DNA from: an uncultured delta proteobacterium
GTDB taxonomy: Bacteria > Desulfobacterota > Desulfobulbia > Desulfobulbales > Desulfocapsaceae
NCBI GenBank assembly: GCA_963759125.1
Contig: CAVWXN010000008.1
Coordinates: 156,556-220,555 of the forward strand
DNA: 64,000 nucleotides
Direction of reading: 5' to 3'
A program made the position numbers and the translations under genes. Under the pieces are notes generated by a model. It saw nothing but the letters and a program-made list of their open reading frames with translations. It did not search any database and was not told the origin of the DNA. How positions within the stretch are numbered: position 1 is the first letter of the stretch; the number at the start of each line of letters is the position of its first letter. This document shows positions 56,401-64,000 of the stretch, one piece after another.

Positions 56401-56935
56401 CGGGCTGATTCGTACGGTCAAGCAGCACAAAAACAAACAGGGAAAACCGATGGCCTTCGTAACCCTTGAAGACGTGCTTGAATCGGTTGAAATCCTCGTG
56501 TTCCCTGAAGCTTACGCAAATTGTTATCAACTGCTCGAGAGTACCGAACCAATGATCGTCCGGGGCACCGTGCAGAAGAGTGACCAGGGCATCAAAATCG
56601 TGGCCGAAGATATTGACCTGCTGGCCGAGGCACGGCAGAAGTATACCCAGGCCGTCCACGCCAGGCTGGAGGCGGACACGGTCAGCAGGCTCAAGCTGGA
56701 GGAGCTCAAAGAGCTGCTATTCAGCTACCACGGCCCCTGTCCGTTTAGCCTTACCCTGCATTTCGACGGTGAGGGGGAAGTAGACGTGGAGATAGACAAA
56801 AACTTCACTGTAAGGCCATCCAGAGAGCTTAGTGTAAGCGTTTCCGAGTTGTTCGGCTACAATCCCCTGAGATTCGAGAAGAAGATCATCGAACCGATAC
56901 AGCGCAAGCGATCCTTCAAACAGCGAACCAATTGA
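53420..56935 (+). CDS. dnaE: DNA polymerase III alpha subunit
   Basis: 1171 aa. The PHP N-terminus FVHLHVHTQHSLLDGA, the polymerase core (GPGRGSGAGSLAAY, PDFDIDF) and the HhH/OB regions are present. Confidence 0.97.
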   Translation: MSAGFVHLHVHTQHSLLDGAIQLPNLLKKCAEYEMEAVAVTDHGAMYGALEFYNKAKKAGIKPIVGCEFYIAPGDRAEKVSGEAGPAFHLILLAMNYQGYKNLMKLSSIAQFEGFYYRPRIDKEVLQRYSNDLIALSACLHGEVPWLISHNRFEEARSKAIEMKELFGDRYYFELQENSIEEQQTVNQGLIRLSQELGIKLLATNDCHYLNKEEAHAHDVLLCIQTGKTIKDSKRFKFSSDDFYFKSPEEMKKAFDYYPEAITNTVEVAERCNLEIELGQYHFPNFPLPEGETLESMFTKASREGLQRRFAAMRKKAPLPPETEKLYRDRLNMEINVINEMGFPGYFLIVADFINWAKDNNIPVGPGRGSGAGSLAAYAMSITDIDPIPYGLIFERFLNIERKSMPDFDIDFCQERRGEVLDYVRDKYGGSEHVAQIITYGSMKARGVIRDVGRALDIPFGEVDKIAKLIPEELGMTLENALIKEPKLTEAADLDPRIAELLRVSRTLEGLARHTSTHAAGVVVSPLPITEYLPVCKGKEGETITQYDMKHTEMTGLIKFDFLGLKTLTVINKALHHIKSDCGKELDIAAIDMDDLKTFKLLCSGNSLGIFQLESSGMRELLVDMAPEQFTDLIALVALYRPGPLESGMVKDFVNTKHGRQEAHYSLPQLKPILEETYGVIVYQEQVMKIANVLANYSLGDADILRRAMGKKIPEVMNQEKEKFMAGARENQIDEKKAEDIFDLMAKFAGYGFNKSHSAAYALIAYQTAYLKAHYPAQFMTGLLSCDMNNTDKVVVYINECREHHIEVLPPDINESVQDFSVRDDKIRFGLAAVKNVGEAALNNIIKEREQNGSFTSLVDFCNRVHSSSVNNRVIESLIKSGSFDSMGCKRSQLLAILPQAMDQAKAHQRDRMSGQMSIFNVAPTDAGTVVSEIVLPNIDEWDELDKLKYEKETVGFYITGHPLDEAIEEIRTITDSDITNLELFNDGQPVRIGGLIRTVKQHKNKQGKPMAFVTLEDVLESVEILVFPEAYANCYQLLESTEPMIVRGTVQKSDQGIKIVAEDIDLLAEARQKYTQAVHARLEADTVSRLKLEELKELLFSYHGPCPFSLTLHFDGEGEVDVEIDKNFTVRPSRELSVSVSELFGYNPLRFEKKIIEPIQRKRSFKQRTN

Positions 56936-56986
56936 AAACAATTGCTGCCTGGGCTCAGCACACCCGAGCCTAGAAATTTTGATGTT

Positions 56987-58399
56987 TTAGAGGATAAATC
57001 TGCTCAAGTCCTGATCTTCGGCAATATCCTGGAGTTGGCTGCGCACATACTCAGCCGTAATCTCGATAGTCTGCTCTTCTTTCTCGGAAGCATCGAAGGA
57101 CAGATCATCCAGAACCCGTTCCATGATGGTGTGCAGTCGACGGGCACCAATCTCTTCGGTGTTTTCATTTACTTCGACGGCAATCCTGGCCATTTCCTCG
57201 ATGGCTCCTTCATCAAAAGAGAGTGATATACCTTCCGTCTCCATCAGAGCAATGTATTGTCTTGTCAAAGCATTTTCCGGTTCAGTGAGAATCCTGACAA
57301 ACTCGTCCTTGCCGAGGGAGTGGAGCTCTACCCGAATCGGAAAACGGCCCTGAAGCTCAGGCACCAGATCAGACGGTTTGCTCACATAAAAGGCACCTGA
57401 GGCGATAAACAGGATATGATCGGTTTTAACCATGCCGTGCTTGGTGTTGACCGTTGCCCCCTCGACAATCGGAAGCAGGTCTCGCTGAACCCCTTCACGT
57501 GAGACATCAGGCCCGTGGGTTCCGTGACGGGAAGCGATTTTATCGATTTCGTCGAGGAAGATAATGCCCGATTCTTCGGTGCGTCGCAGCGCCTCTTTGA
57601 GCACCTTGTCCCTATCAACCAGACGCTCCATCTCCTGCTGCTTGAGCGCCTCCATGGCCTCGGGAACTTTGAGCTTCCGCTCTTTTTTCTTACGCGGAAA
57701 CATCTTGCTGAAGGCATCCTGGATATTCGACTGCATGTCTTCAAGCCCTGAGGTGGTCATAATCTCCACCATGGGTGTCGATTTGGCCTCATCGAGAACG
57801 ACTTCCAGTTCCCTGGAATCGAATTTCCCATCCCTGAGCATTTTTCTGATCTTTTCCCGGGTGGACGTCTCATGCTCCTGGGCGACCGGGGTGGGGGCGT
57901 CATCCTGGGAAACCAGAGTAAATGATTTATTCCCGTCGGGCCCGGCATCATGCAGCACGCCAGGCTTGTCTGGAGCCGGCGGCAACAGGAGATCGAGAAT
58001 CTTATCCTCGGCATGGGCCTCGGCAATTCCTTCCACCCTTTTTTTCTCCTCTTCTTTGACCATGCTGATGGCGATCTCGACCAGGTCCCTGATCATCGAC
58101 TCGACATCTCTCCCTACATAGCCGACCTCGGTGAACTTTGACGCTTCAACCTTGAGAAACGGCGATTCGGCAAGTATTGCCAGCCGTCTGGCAATCTCAG
58201 TTTTGCCGACGCCGGTGGGACCGATCATGATGATGTTTTTGGGGGCGATCTCTTCTCGCAGAGGCGGCTGCACCTGCTGTCGACGCCAGCGGTTTCTGAG
58301 GGCAATGGCCACTGAGCGTTTGGCATCGCTCTGACCAACAATGAATTTATCTAAGGCGGCTACTGTTTCCCGCGGGGTCAAGGACTGAATCTTTTTCAT
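56987..58399 (-). CDS. hslU: ATP-dependent protease ATPase subunit HslU
   Basis: Start is chosen at ATG 58399, overlapping the hslV stop (ATGA). Sequence is [40 protein letters not shown]...[15 protein letters not shown]. Confidence 0.95.
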   Translation of the reverse strand: MKKIQSLTPRETVAALDKFIVGQSDAKRSVAIALRNRWRRQQVQPPLREEIAPKNIIMIGPTGVGKTEIARRLAILAESPFLKVEASKFTEVGYVGRDVESMIRDLVEIAISMVKEEEKKRVEGIAEAHAEDKILDLLLPPAPDKPGVLHDAGPDGNKSFTLVSQDDAPTPVAQEHETSTREKIRKMLRDGKFDSRELEVVLDEAKSTPMVEIMTTSGLEDMQSNIQDAFSKMFPRKKKERKLKVPEAMEALKQQEMERLVDRDKVLKEALRRTEESGIIFLDEIDKIASRHGTHGPDVSREGVQRDLLPIVEGATVNTKHGMVKTDHILFIASGAFYVSKPSDLVPELQGRFPIRVELHSLGKDEFVRILTEPENALTRQYIALMETEGISLSFDEGAIEEMARIAVEVNENTEEIGARRLHTIMERVLDDLSFDASEKEEQTIEITAEYVRSQLQDIAEDQDLSRFIL

Positions 58400-58926
58400 A
58401 GTGTTTCTGAGATGATTTCCTGGTTTGTGTAAATACAGATAGATCCGGCAATTTCCATAGCAGTCTGGCAAATCTCTTCGGCCTCTAGTTGACTCTTCTG
58501 GACCAGAGCAAGGGCAGCAGCCTGGGCATAGGGTCCACCGGAGCCAATGGCCAGGACGCCGGTGTCGGGTTCAATGACATCCCCGGTTCCCGAAATCAGC
58601 AGGCTATGCTCTTTATCCACGGCGATGAGCATGGCCTCGAGTCGTCTGAGCATTCGGTCCGTTCGCCACTCCTTGGTCAGTTCGACTGCTGAGCGCATCA
58701 GGTTACCGTTATACTGCTCCAGTTTGGCCTCGAATTTATCGAACAGCGTAAACGCATCTGCAGTAGCACCGGCAAAACCACAGATAACCTGGTCATGATA
58801 CAATCGGCGAACTTTTCTGGCTTTGTGCTTGATCACGGTGTTGCCAAGTGACACCTGACCGTCTCCGGCGACCACGACCCGACCGTTGTGTCGAACCGAG
58901 AGAATTGTTGTTGATCTTATTGTCAT
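58396..58926 (-). CDS. hslV: ATP-dependent protease peptidase subunit HslV
   Basis: Start is chosen at ATG 58926 (RBS AGGAG). Sequence is [42 protein letters not shown]. The longer track ORF (to 58977) would overlap xerC. Confidence 0.93.
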   Translation of the reverse strand: MTIRSTTILSVRHNGRVVVAGDGQVSLGNTVIKHKARKVRRLYHDQVICGFAGATADAFTLFDKFEAKLEQYNGNLMRSAVELTKEWRTDRMLRRLEAMLIAVDKEHSLLISGTGDVIEPDTGVLAIGSGGPYAQAAALALVQKSQLEAEEICQTAMEIAGSICIYTNQEIISETL

Positions 58927-58954
58927 TCCTGGCACTCCTGGTAAAATTTCAAAA

Positions 58955-59878
58955 TCAGCTATTGCCGTCACCGTCACCCAGCGGGTGCGATGAATCGTAG
59001 ATTCGGCTGAGGTGATCCAGAGTCAGATGAGTATATTTCTGGGTGGTCGACAAACTGGCGTGGCCAAGCAATTCCTGCACCGAGCGCAAGTCTGCACCCA
59101 TCTCCAGAAGATGGGTGGCAAATGAGTGGCGCAGGGCATGGGGAGTAACGGGAATCTGGATACCCGCCCGCCTTCCATATTTATCAACAAACCTCTCAAT
59201 GCTTCTGGTGGTCAACCGACCGCCGCGGTTATTCAAAAACAGCGCCTGATCATCCACCTCTTTTCCTCGGGCCAGCTGTCTGGTGAGCAACACAGTCCTC
59301 TCCCCCAGCTGATAAGCTCTGATCGCCTCGATTGCAGGCCTTCCAACTGGAACCAGCCGTTCCTTATTTCCTTTGCCCCTCACCCTAAGCATTTCACCCT
59401 TCAAATCAAGATCGTCAAGGTCGGCGGAGACCAGTTCGGCAACGCGGATTCCAGTGGAATAGAGCAGTTCCAGAATGGCTCTGTCCCGGTGCTTGAACCG
59501 ATCCCCTTCAATGGGTGCCTCGAGAAGTCCAAAGACCTGATCCACGGTGAGAAAATTGGGGATCGATCTGCCGACTTTAGGACCGGCGATGTTTTCGATC
59601 GGATTCGTCGTGATAATGGACTGTCGCTGCAGATATCTGAAAAAAGAGCGCAGCGCCGATAATTTCCTTGCCACCGTCGAGGGGCCGTTTCTGCCATGCA
59701 AGCCAATGATGAATTTTCTTATGTCTGCTGCGGACAACGCGTCTATGCTCACGGACTCATCGAGCTGGCCGTTGAATTCCTGGAGATCTCGATTATAGCC
59801 TGCGATAGTATGGGGAGAATAACCCTTCTCGTGTTCCAGCCAGCGGCAAAACAGAGAAATGCTTTCGGGTACTTGCAT
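58955..59878 (-). CDS. xerC: tyrosine recombinase XerC (chromosome dimer resolution)
   Basis: 307 aa. The catalytic blocks ...[13 protein letters not shown]..., [38 protein letters not shown] are present, and the gene sits in the conserved xerC-hslV-hslU arrangement. Confidence 0.85.
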   Translation of the reverse strand: MQVPESISLFCRWLEHEKGYSPHTIAGYNRDLQEFNGQLDESVSIDALSAADIRKFIIGLHGRNGPSTVARKLSALRSFFRYLQRQSIITTNPIENIAGPKVGRSIPNFLTVDQVFGLLEAPIEGDRFKHRDRAILELLYSTGIRVAELVSADLDDLDLKGEMLRVRGKGNKERLVPVGRPAIEAIRAYQLGERTVLLTRQLARGKEVDDQALFLNNRGGRLTTRSIERFVDKYGRRAGIQIPVTPHALRHSFATHLLEMGADLRSVQELLGHASLSTTQKYTHLTLDHLSRIYDSSHPLGDGDGNS

Positions 59879-60038
59879 AATGGATCAGAACCTGACAGGC
59901 TGTCTCGCCGCCTCATGAATTGGAATCAGCTCTTGCACTGCAGCCAAATGGTATACTATATTCAGCGTCCAGTATAACCAGCAAAAGTTGATTTTCAATC
60001 CATCTGAACAAATATGGCAACGGGGTCTATCAACCATC

Positions 60039-60272
60039 ATGGCAAAGAAAACCTTCGAAGCGGCCCTTGCGCGGCTCGAAAAGATTACCGAAGAACTTGA
60101 AAACGGCGACTTGAGTCTGGAAGCCAGTCTGAAAAAATTTGACGAGGGCATCCAGCTGACTGAATTCTGCAACGCCAAACTGACTGAGGCACGGACCAAG
60201 GTGGAAATACTGCTGGAGAAAAACGGCCGCCTCAAAGCCGAACCATTCGACGAAATTGAGCATGGAGATTAA
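60039..60272 (+). CDS. xseB: exodeoxyribonuclease VII small subunit
   Basis: Start is chosen at ATG 60039. Sequence is [48 protein letters not shown]. The gene lies upstream of ispA-dxs, as in many bacteria. Confidence 0.9.
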   Translation: MAKKTFEAALARLEKITEELENGDLSLEASLKKFDEGIQLTEFCNAKLTEARTKVEILLEKNGRLKAEPFDEIEHGD

Positions 60273-61155
60273 CCAGTACCTCAAGCACAAAAAACAGCTG
60301 GTCGAAAATAAGCTCGATTCGCTGATGCTTGCAGCTGACGGTCCGTTCAGCGACCATATTGAGGCCATGCGCTATAGCCTGTTCGTGGGCGGTAAGCGGA
60401 TCAGACCGATTCTCTGCCTGGCCTCCGCCGAAGCCGTTTCAAGTGCGGGCCCGTTGCTTGAAGAAGCACTGACCATCGGCTGCGCAATTGAATGCATCCA
60501 CACCTACTCACTGATCCATGACGATCTGCCGGCCATGGACGATGACGAACTCAGACGAGGTCAACCGACCAATCATATGCTCTACGGCGAAGCAGGGGCA
60601 GTTCTTGCCGGAGATGGCCTACTCACCTTTGCCTTTGAATTACTCGCCAGGCCAGGCTCTTGCATTAGCACCGCCAGGCAACTCAGAATCATCAGGCTGG
60701 TCGCCGAGGCGGCCGGCCCTCTTGGCATGGTTGGGGGCCAGGCGCTCGACATAGCCGGAGAAAACTCAAACTATCCGTTCGAACATTTACAAATGATCCA
60801 CCGCAGCAAGACAGGGGCCCTGATCCGCTGCTGCGCCCAGGCCGGGGGTATCGCCGGCGGTGCCGATGAACAGCAGATCGAACAATTAACCCTCTATGGA
60901 GAGGCAATCGGCCTGGCCTTTCAGATCGTGGATGATCTGCTCGATGCAACCTCGACGACAGAGATACTCGGAAAATCTGCAGGGGCCGATCAGATGAGGG
61001 GCAAGGCTACCTACCCTGCCTTTTTTGGCATAGAAGAAACGAAATATCTGGCCCTGAAGGCCGTTGAACAGGCGAAGAGAGCCCTCGACGGCTTCAGCCC
61101 ACAAGCAGACCCGCTCGTCCAACTGGCCGATTTCATCTATGCCAGAACCCACTGA
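60262..61155 (+). CDS. ispA: (2E,6E)-farnesyl diphosphate synthase / polyprenyl synthetase
   Basis: The first and second Asp-rich motifs are [15 protein letters not shown] and [11 protein letters not shown] at 60262 is preferred (TTG at 60256 is possible). The start overlaps the xseB 3' end. Confidence 0.9.
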   Translation: MEINQYLKHKKQLVENKLDSLMLAADGPFSDHIEAMRYSLFVGGKRIRPILCLASAEAVSSAGPLLEEALTIGCAIECIHTYSLIHDDLPAMDDDELRRGQPTNHMLYGEAGAVLAGDGLLTFAFELLARPGSCISTARQLRIIRLVAEAAGPLGMVGGQALDIAGENSNYPFEHLQMIHRSKTGALIRCCAQAGGIAGGADEQQIEQLTLYGEAIGLAFQIVDDLLDATSTTEILGKSAGADQMRGKATYPAFFGIEETKYLALKAVEQAKRALDGFSPQADPLVQLADFIYARTH

Positions 61156-61270
61156 GCCAACCCTATACAATCATTAGTTTTCCGCCTTTCCTGCACATTT
61201 TCATTTGCTGATTTTTTTTACTGATTATTGTATAGCAGACTCAAATAACTACATTGTGGAATAATTATAG

Positions 61271-63175
61271 ATGCTGCTACCTTCAACGACGACAATCGGA
61301 CAGACCAATCTGCTGAATAAGATTGACAGTCCCAAAGACATTCGCCTGCTGCACAGATCCGATCTGGACCAGCTGGCTGAAGAGATTCGTGACTTTTTGA
61401 TCAAATCGGTCGCCCTTACCGGCGGCCACCTCGGCCCCAGCCTTGGCGTGGTCGAACTCACTCTGGCGCTGCACTATGTCTTTGCTACGCCTGTAGACAA
61501 GCTGATCTGGGATGTGGGCCACCAGAGTTATGCCCATAAACTAATTACCGGACGGCGTGATAGATTTCACACCCTGCGGCAATATCAGGGGATCAGCGGC
61601 TTTCCCAAAGTGAGCGAGAGCGAATACGACACCTTCGAAACGGGTCATTCGTCCACCTCTATCTCCGCCGCCCTGGGTATGGCCCTGGCCAAGGATCTCA
61701 AAGATGATCCGGCCAAGACCATCGCCGTCATCGGGGATGGCTCGATGACTGCAGGCATGGCCTTCGAGGCCCTTAACCAGGCTGGTGACATCAACAAAAA
61801 TCTGATCGTTGTCCTCAACGACAATGAGATGTCCATCTCACCGAACGTCGGTGCCTTAAGCAGTTTTCTGAGTCGCAAGCTGACCGGCCGAACCATGCGG
61901 CGTCTCAAGGATCATCTGGTCGAACGACTCGGCCAGTTATCCAATGTCGGGGAGAATATTCTCACCGTTCTGAAGAAGAGTGAGGACAGTTTCAAAAGCT
62001 TCTTCACCCCGGGAATGCTTTTTGAGGCACTGAAATTTGACTACGTTGGACCGCTCAACGGGCACAATTTCGAAGAACTGATCGAAACGTTCGAAACGAT
62101 CAGAGATACCCAGCAGGGACCTGTTTTGGTCCATGTTCTGACCACCAAGGGAAAAGGCTATGAACCGGCAGAGAAAAATCCTGGCCTGTTTCACGGTATA
62201 GGTCCCTTTGAGTCGGAAACCGGCAAGGCCAAGGCCGGCGGCGGCTCGGTATCCTACACCAAGGTCTTTGGCGACACCCTCACTGAGATTTCCCGCACCA
62301 ACGATAAAATAGTTGCCATATCCGCAGCCATGGTGGCCGGTACCGGTCTAAGCGACTTTGCCAGGACCTATCCCGAGCGTTTCTTCGATGTCGGCATCGC
62401 CGAACAGCATGCGGTCACCTTCGCTGCCGGGTTAGCCAGTGAAGGGTTTCACCCGGTGGTGGCAATCTATTCGACCTTTTTTCAACGGGCCTACGATCAG
62501 ATCATCCATGACGTCTGCATCCCAAATCTGCCGGTAACCCTGGCAATTGACCGGGCGGGAGTGGTCGGCGCCGATGGACCGACCCATCACGGCGTCTTCG
62601 ATCTCAGCTTCTTACGGATCATTCCCAATCTGGTATTGATGGCTCCAAAGGATGAGGAAGAACTCAGACACATGCTCTATACCTCCCTTAATCATCCCGG
62701 TCCCTCAACCCTCCGTTATCCAAGAGGTTGTGGCGAAAATGTCGAACTGGGCTCAGATCTTCTAAATCTGGAGATAGGTCGTGGAGAACTGTTGCGCAAG
62801 GGCAAGGATATTCTTCTGCTGCCGGTCGGTAATCGTGTGCACCCGGCACTTCGGGCTGCCCAGGGACTCGCAAAACTGGGTATCGATGCCTCGGTGATCA
62901 ATCCCCGCTTTATCAAGCCGCTGGACTCTGAACTGATCTGTGATGTGGCCTCGTCAACCGGCAGGGTCATCACCATCGAGGACAACGCCAGGCAAGGCGG
63001 ATTCGGCAGCAGCATCCTGGAACTTTTCAGTCGCTGCGGACTCTCGGTAAAGACAAGCCTGCTCGCCCATCCCGACCGCTTTCTCGAACAAGGTCCCCAG
63101 AAAACTCTGTGGCGCAACAGCTCGATTAACTCGGTGGCCATAACCGAGGCGGCCCTGAAGCTCATGACGCGCTGA
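61271..63175 (+). CDS. dxs: 1-deoxy-D-xylulose-5-phosphate synthase
   Basis: 634 aa. The blocks GGHLGPSLGVVELT, GHSSTSISAALGMA and GDGSMTAGMAFEALN, together with the transketolase-like C-domains, are present. Confidence 0.95.
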   Translation: MLLPSTTTIGQTNLLNKIDSPKDIRLLHRSDLDQLAEEIRDFLIKSVALTGGHLGPSLGVVELTLALHYVFATPVDKLIWDVGHQSYAHKLITGRRDRFHTLRQYQGISGFPKVSESEYDTFETGHSSTSISAALGMALAKDLKDDPAKTIAVIGDGSMTAGMAFEALNQAGDINKNLIVVLNDNEMSISPNVGALSSFLSRKLTGRTMRRLKDHLVERLGQLSNVGENILTVLKKSEDSFKSFFTPGMLFEALKFDYVGPLNGHNFEELIETFETIRDTQQGPVLVHVLTTKGKGYEPAEKNPGLFHGIGPFESETGKAKAGGGSVSYTKVFGDTLTEISRTNDKIVAISAAMVAGTGLSDFARTYPERFFDVGIAEQHAVTFAAGLASEGFHPVVAIYSTFFQRAYDQIIHDVCIPNLPVTLAIDRAGVVGADGPTHHGVFDLSFLRIIPNLVLMAPKDEEELRHMLYTSLNHPGPSTLRYPRGCGENVELGSDLLNLEIGRGELLRKGKDILLLPVGNRVHPALRAAQGLAKLGIDASVINPRFIKPLDSELICDVASSTGRVITIEDNARQGGFGSSILELFSRCGLSVKTSLLAHPDRFLEQGPQKTLWRNSSINSVAITEAALKLMTR

Positions 63176-63226
63176 CCAACCGTCAGCTGGCGCTGTTTCT
63201 TCTGGTGGGGGTATTTTACTGTGGGC

Positions 63227-64000
63227 TCAGGCGCTTAACTGGAAATAGTCTTTATACCAGTCGACGAACCGGGCCACCCCATATTCCAGGGTTGTGCCTG
63301 GACGATAGTCCAGATCACGGACCAGGTCGTCCACATCGGCATAGGTTGCCGGCACGTCTCCCGGCTGCATATCAAGCAGCTTTTTCTGCGCCTTGACACC
63401 AAGGCAATCTTCCAGCACTTCTATATAGCGCAGCAGCTGCTCCTTATTGTTGTTGCCGATGTTGTACACCCGGTAGGGACAGTAGGAGGTGGCCGGATCC
63501 GGTGTGTTGCCAGACCATTTGGGATCAGCTTCCGGAACCTTAAAAATAACCCTGCAAACACCTTCAACTATATCGTCAATATAGGTGAAATCACGTTCCA
63601 TTTTGCCATGGTTGAACACATTTATCGGTTCACCCGCCAGCATAGCTTTGGTGAACAGAAAAAGAGCCATATCCGGCCTTCCCCAGGGACCATAGACAGT
63701 AAAAAATCTGAGGCCGGTAGTCGGCAGATTATAGAGATGGCTATAGGTGTGAGCCATCAACTCATTGGCCTTTTTCGAGGCTGCATAAAGCGATACCGGA
63801 TGGTCGACGTTGTCGTGGACGGAAAATGGCATCTTGGTATTGGCTCCGTAAACAGAGCTGGAGGAGGCATAAACCAGATGCTTGACTCCGGTGTGGCGGC
63901 AGCCTTCCAGAATATTAACGAACCCTACCAGGTTGGTATCGACGTATGAATGGGGATTAATCAGCGAGTACCTTACTCCGGCCTGGGCGGCAAGATTGAC
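63227..64000 (-). CDS. NAD-dependent sugar-nucleotide epimerase (UDP-glucuronate 4-epimerase-like), 5' end beyond the right window edge
   Basis: The frame is open from 64000 down to the stop at 63227. Sequence is ...[81 protein letters not shown], containing the YxxxK of the extended SDR family. Confidence 0.8.
   Translation of the reverse strand, partial: VNLAAQAGVRYSLINPHSYVDTNLVGFVNILEGCRHTGVKHLVYASSSSVYGANTKMPFSVHDNVDHPVSLYAASKKANELMAHTYSHLYNLPTTGLRFFTVYGPWGRPDMALFLFTKAMLAGEPINVFNHGKMERDFTYIDDIVEGVCRVIFKVPEADPKWSGNTPDPATSYCPYRVYNIGNNNKEQLLRYIEVLEDCLGVKAQKKLLDMQPGDVPATYADVDDLVRDLDYRPGTTLEYGVARFVDWYKDYFQLSA

Noticed and set aside
56951-56980. Short GGCTC/GAGCC hairpin plus TTTT between the convergent dnaE and hslU genes, considered as a bidirectional terminator.
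   Set aside because: It has only a 5-bp stem with an 8-9-nt loop, which is too weak to support as a feature.
58955-59878. Tyrosine recombinase as a marker of an integrated mobile element.
   Set aside because: It sits in the conserved xerC-hslV-hslU housekeeping arrangement. There is no att-like repeat, tRNA, phage or transposon gene nearby.

Overview
This 64-kb chromosomal window is gene-dense and housekeeping-rich. The gene content suggests an anaerobic Desulfobacterota-type (Desulfobulbales/Desulfuromonadales-like) bacterium: multiheme cytochromes, NrfCD-type modules, a pta-ackA-lutCBA cluster and GEMM riboswitches. That taxonomic placement is inference only. I support about 60 protein-coding genes. 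They include acyl-CoA carboxylase subunits, ada, amtB-glnK, an M32 carboxypeptidase, yhhQ, an arylsulfatase and a 4-gene multiheme cytochrome/NrfCD/HAO-like operon. They also include asd, a pta-ackA-lutC-lutBA lactate/acetate cluster, a TAXI-TRAP transporter, tandem class III and class II-like FBPases, nhaA, dnaE, xerC-hslVU and xseB-ispA-dxs. I found no rRNA, tRNA, CRISPR array, transposase or prophage genes.

The most notable non-coding signal is a cassette repeated three times (about 1281-1469 +, 4254-4450 -, 11334-11527 -). Each copy has a conserved TTGACA-N18-TAAACT promoter, a c-di-GMP-I (GEMM-I) riboswitch aptamer and an intrinsic terminator, and each sits in front of a small Sec-signal protein. 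One of these proteins is Rap1a/Tai-like. The other two are paralogs of unknown function, and one of them is decayed. A preQ1-I riboswitch sits on the ribosome-binding site of yhhQ.

Other points worth a second look:
- An unusual operon: tetraheme cytochrome, NrfC-like, NrfD-like and octaheme HAO-like proteins.
- A GlpX-like protein that appears to lack two metal ligands, next to a class III FBPase.
- A 1-nt frameshift in a fused lutB-lutA gene.
- A decayed region with an 11-C homopolymer and the orphan C-terminus of a sigma-54 activator, just upstream of a sigma-54-like promoter for amtB-glnK.
- A generally high density of gene remnants.

All homology statements come from reading motifs by eye and recalling family consensus sequences. 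No database search was run.
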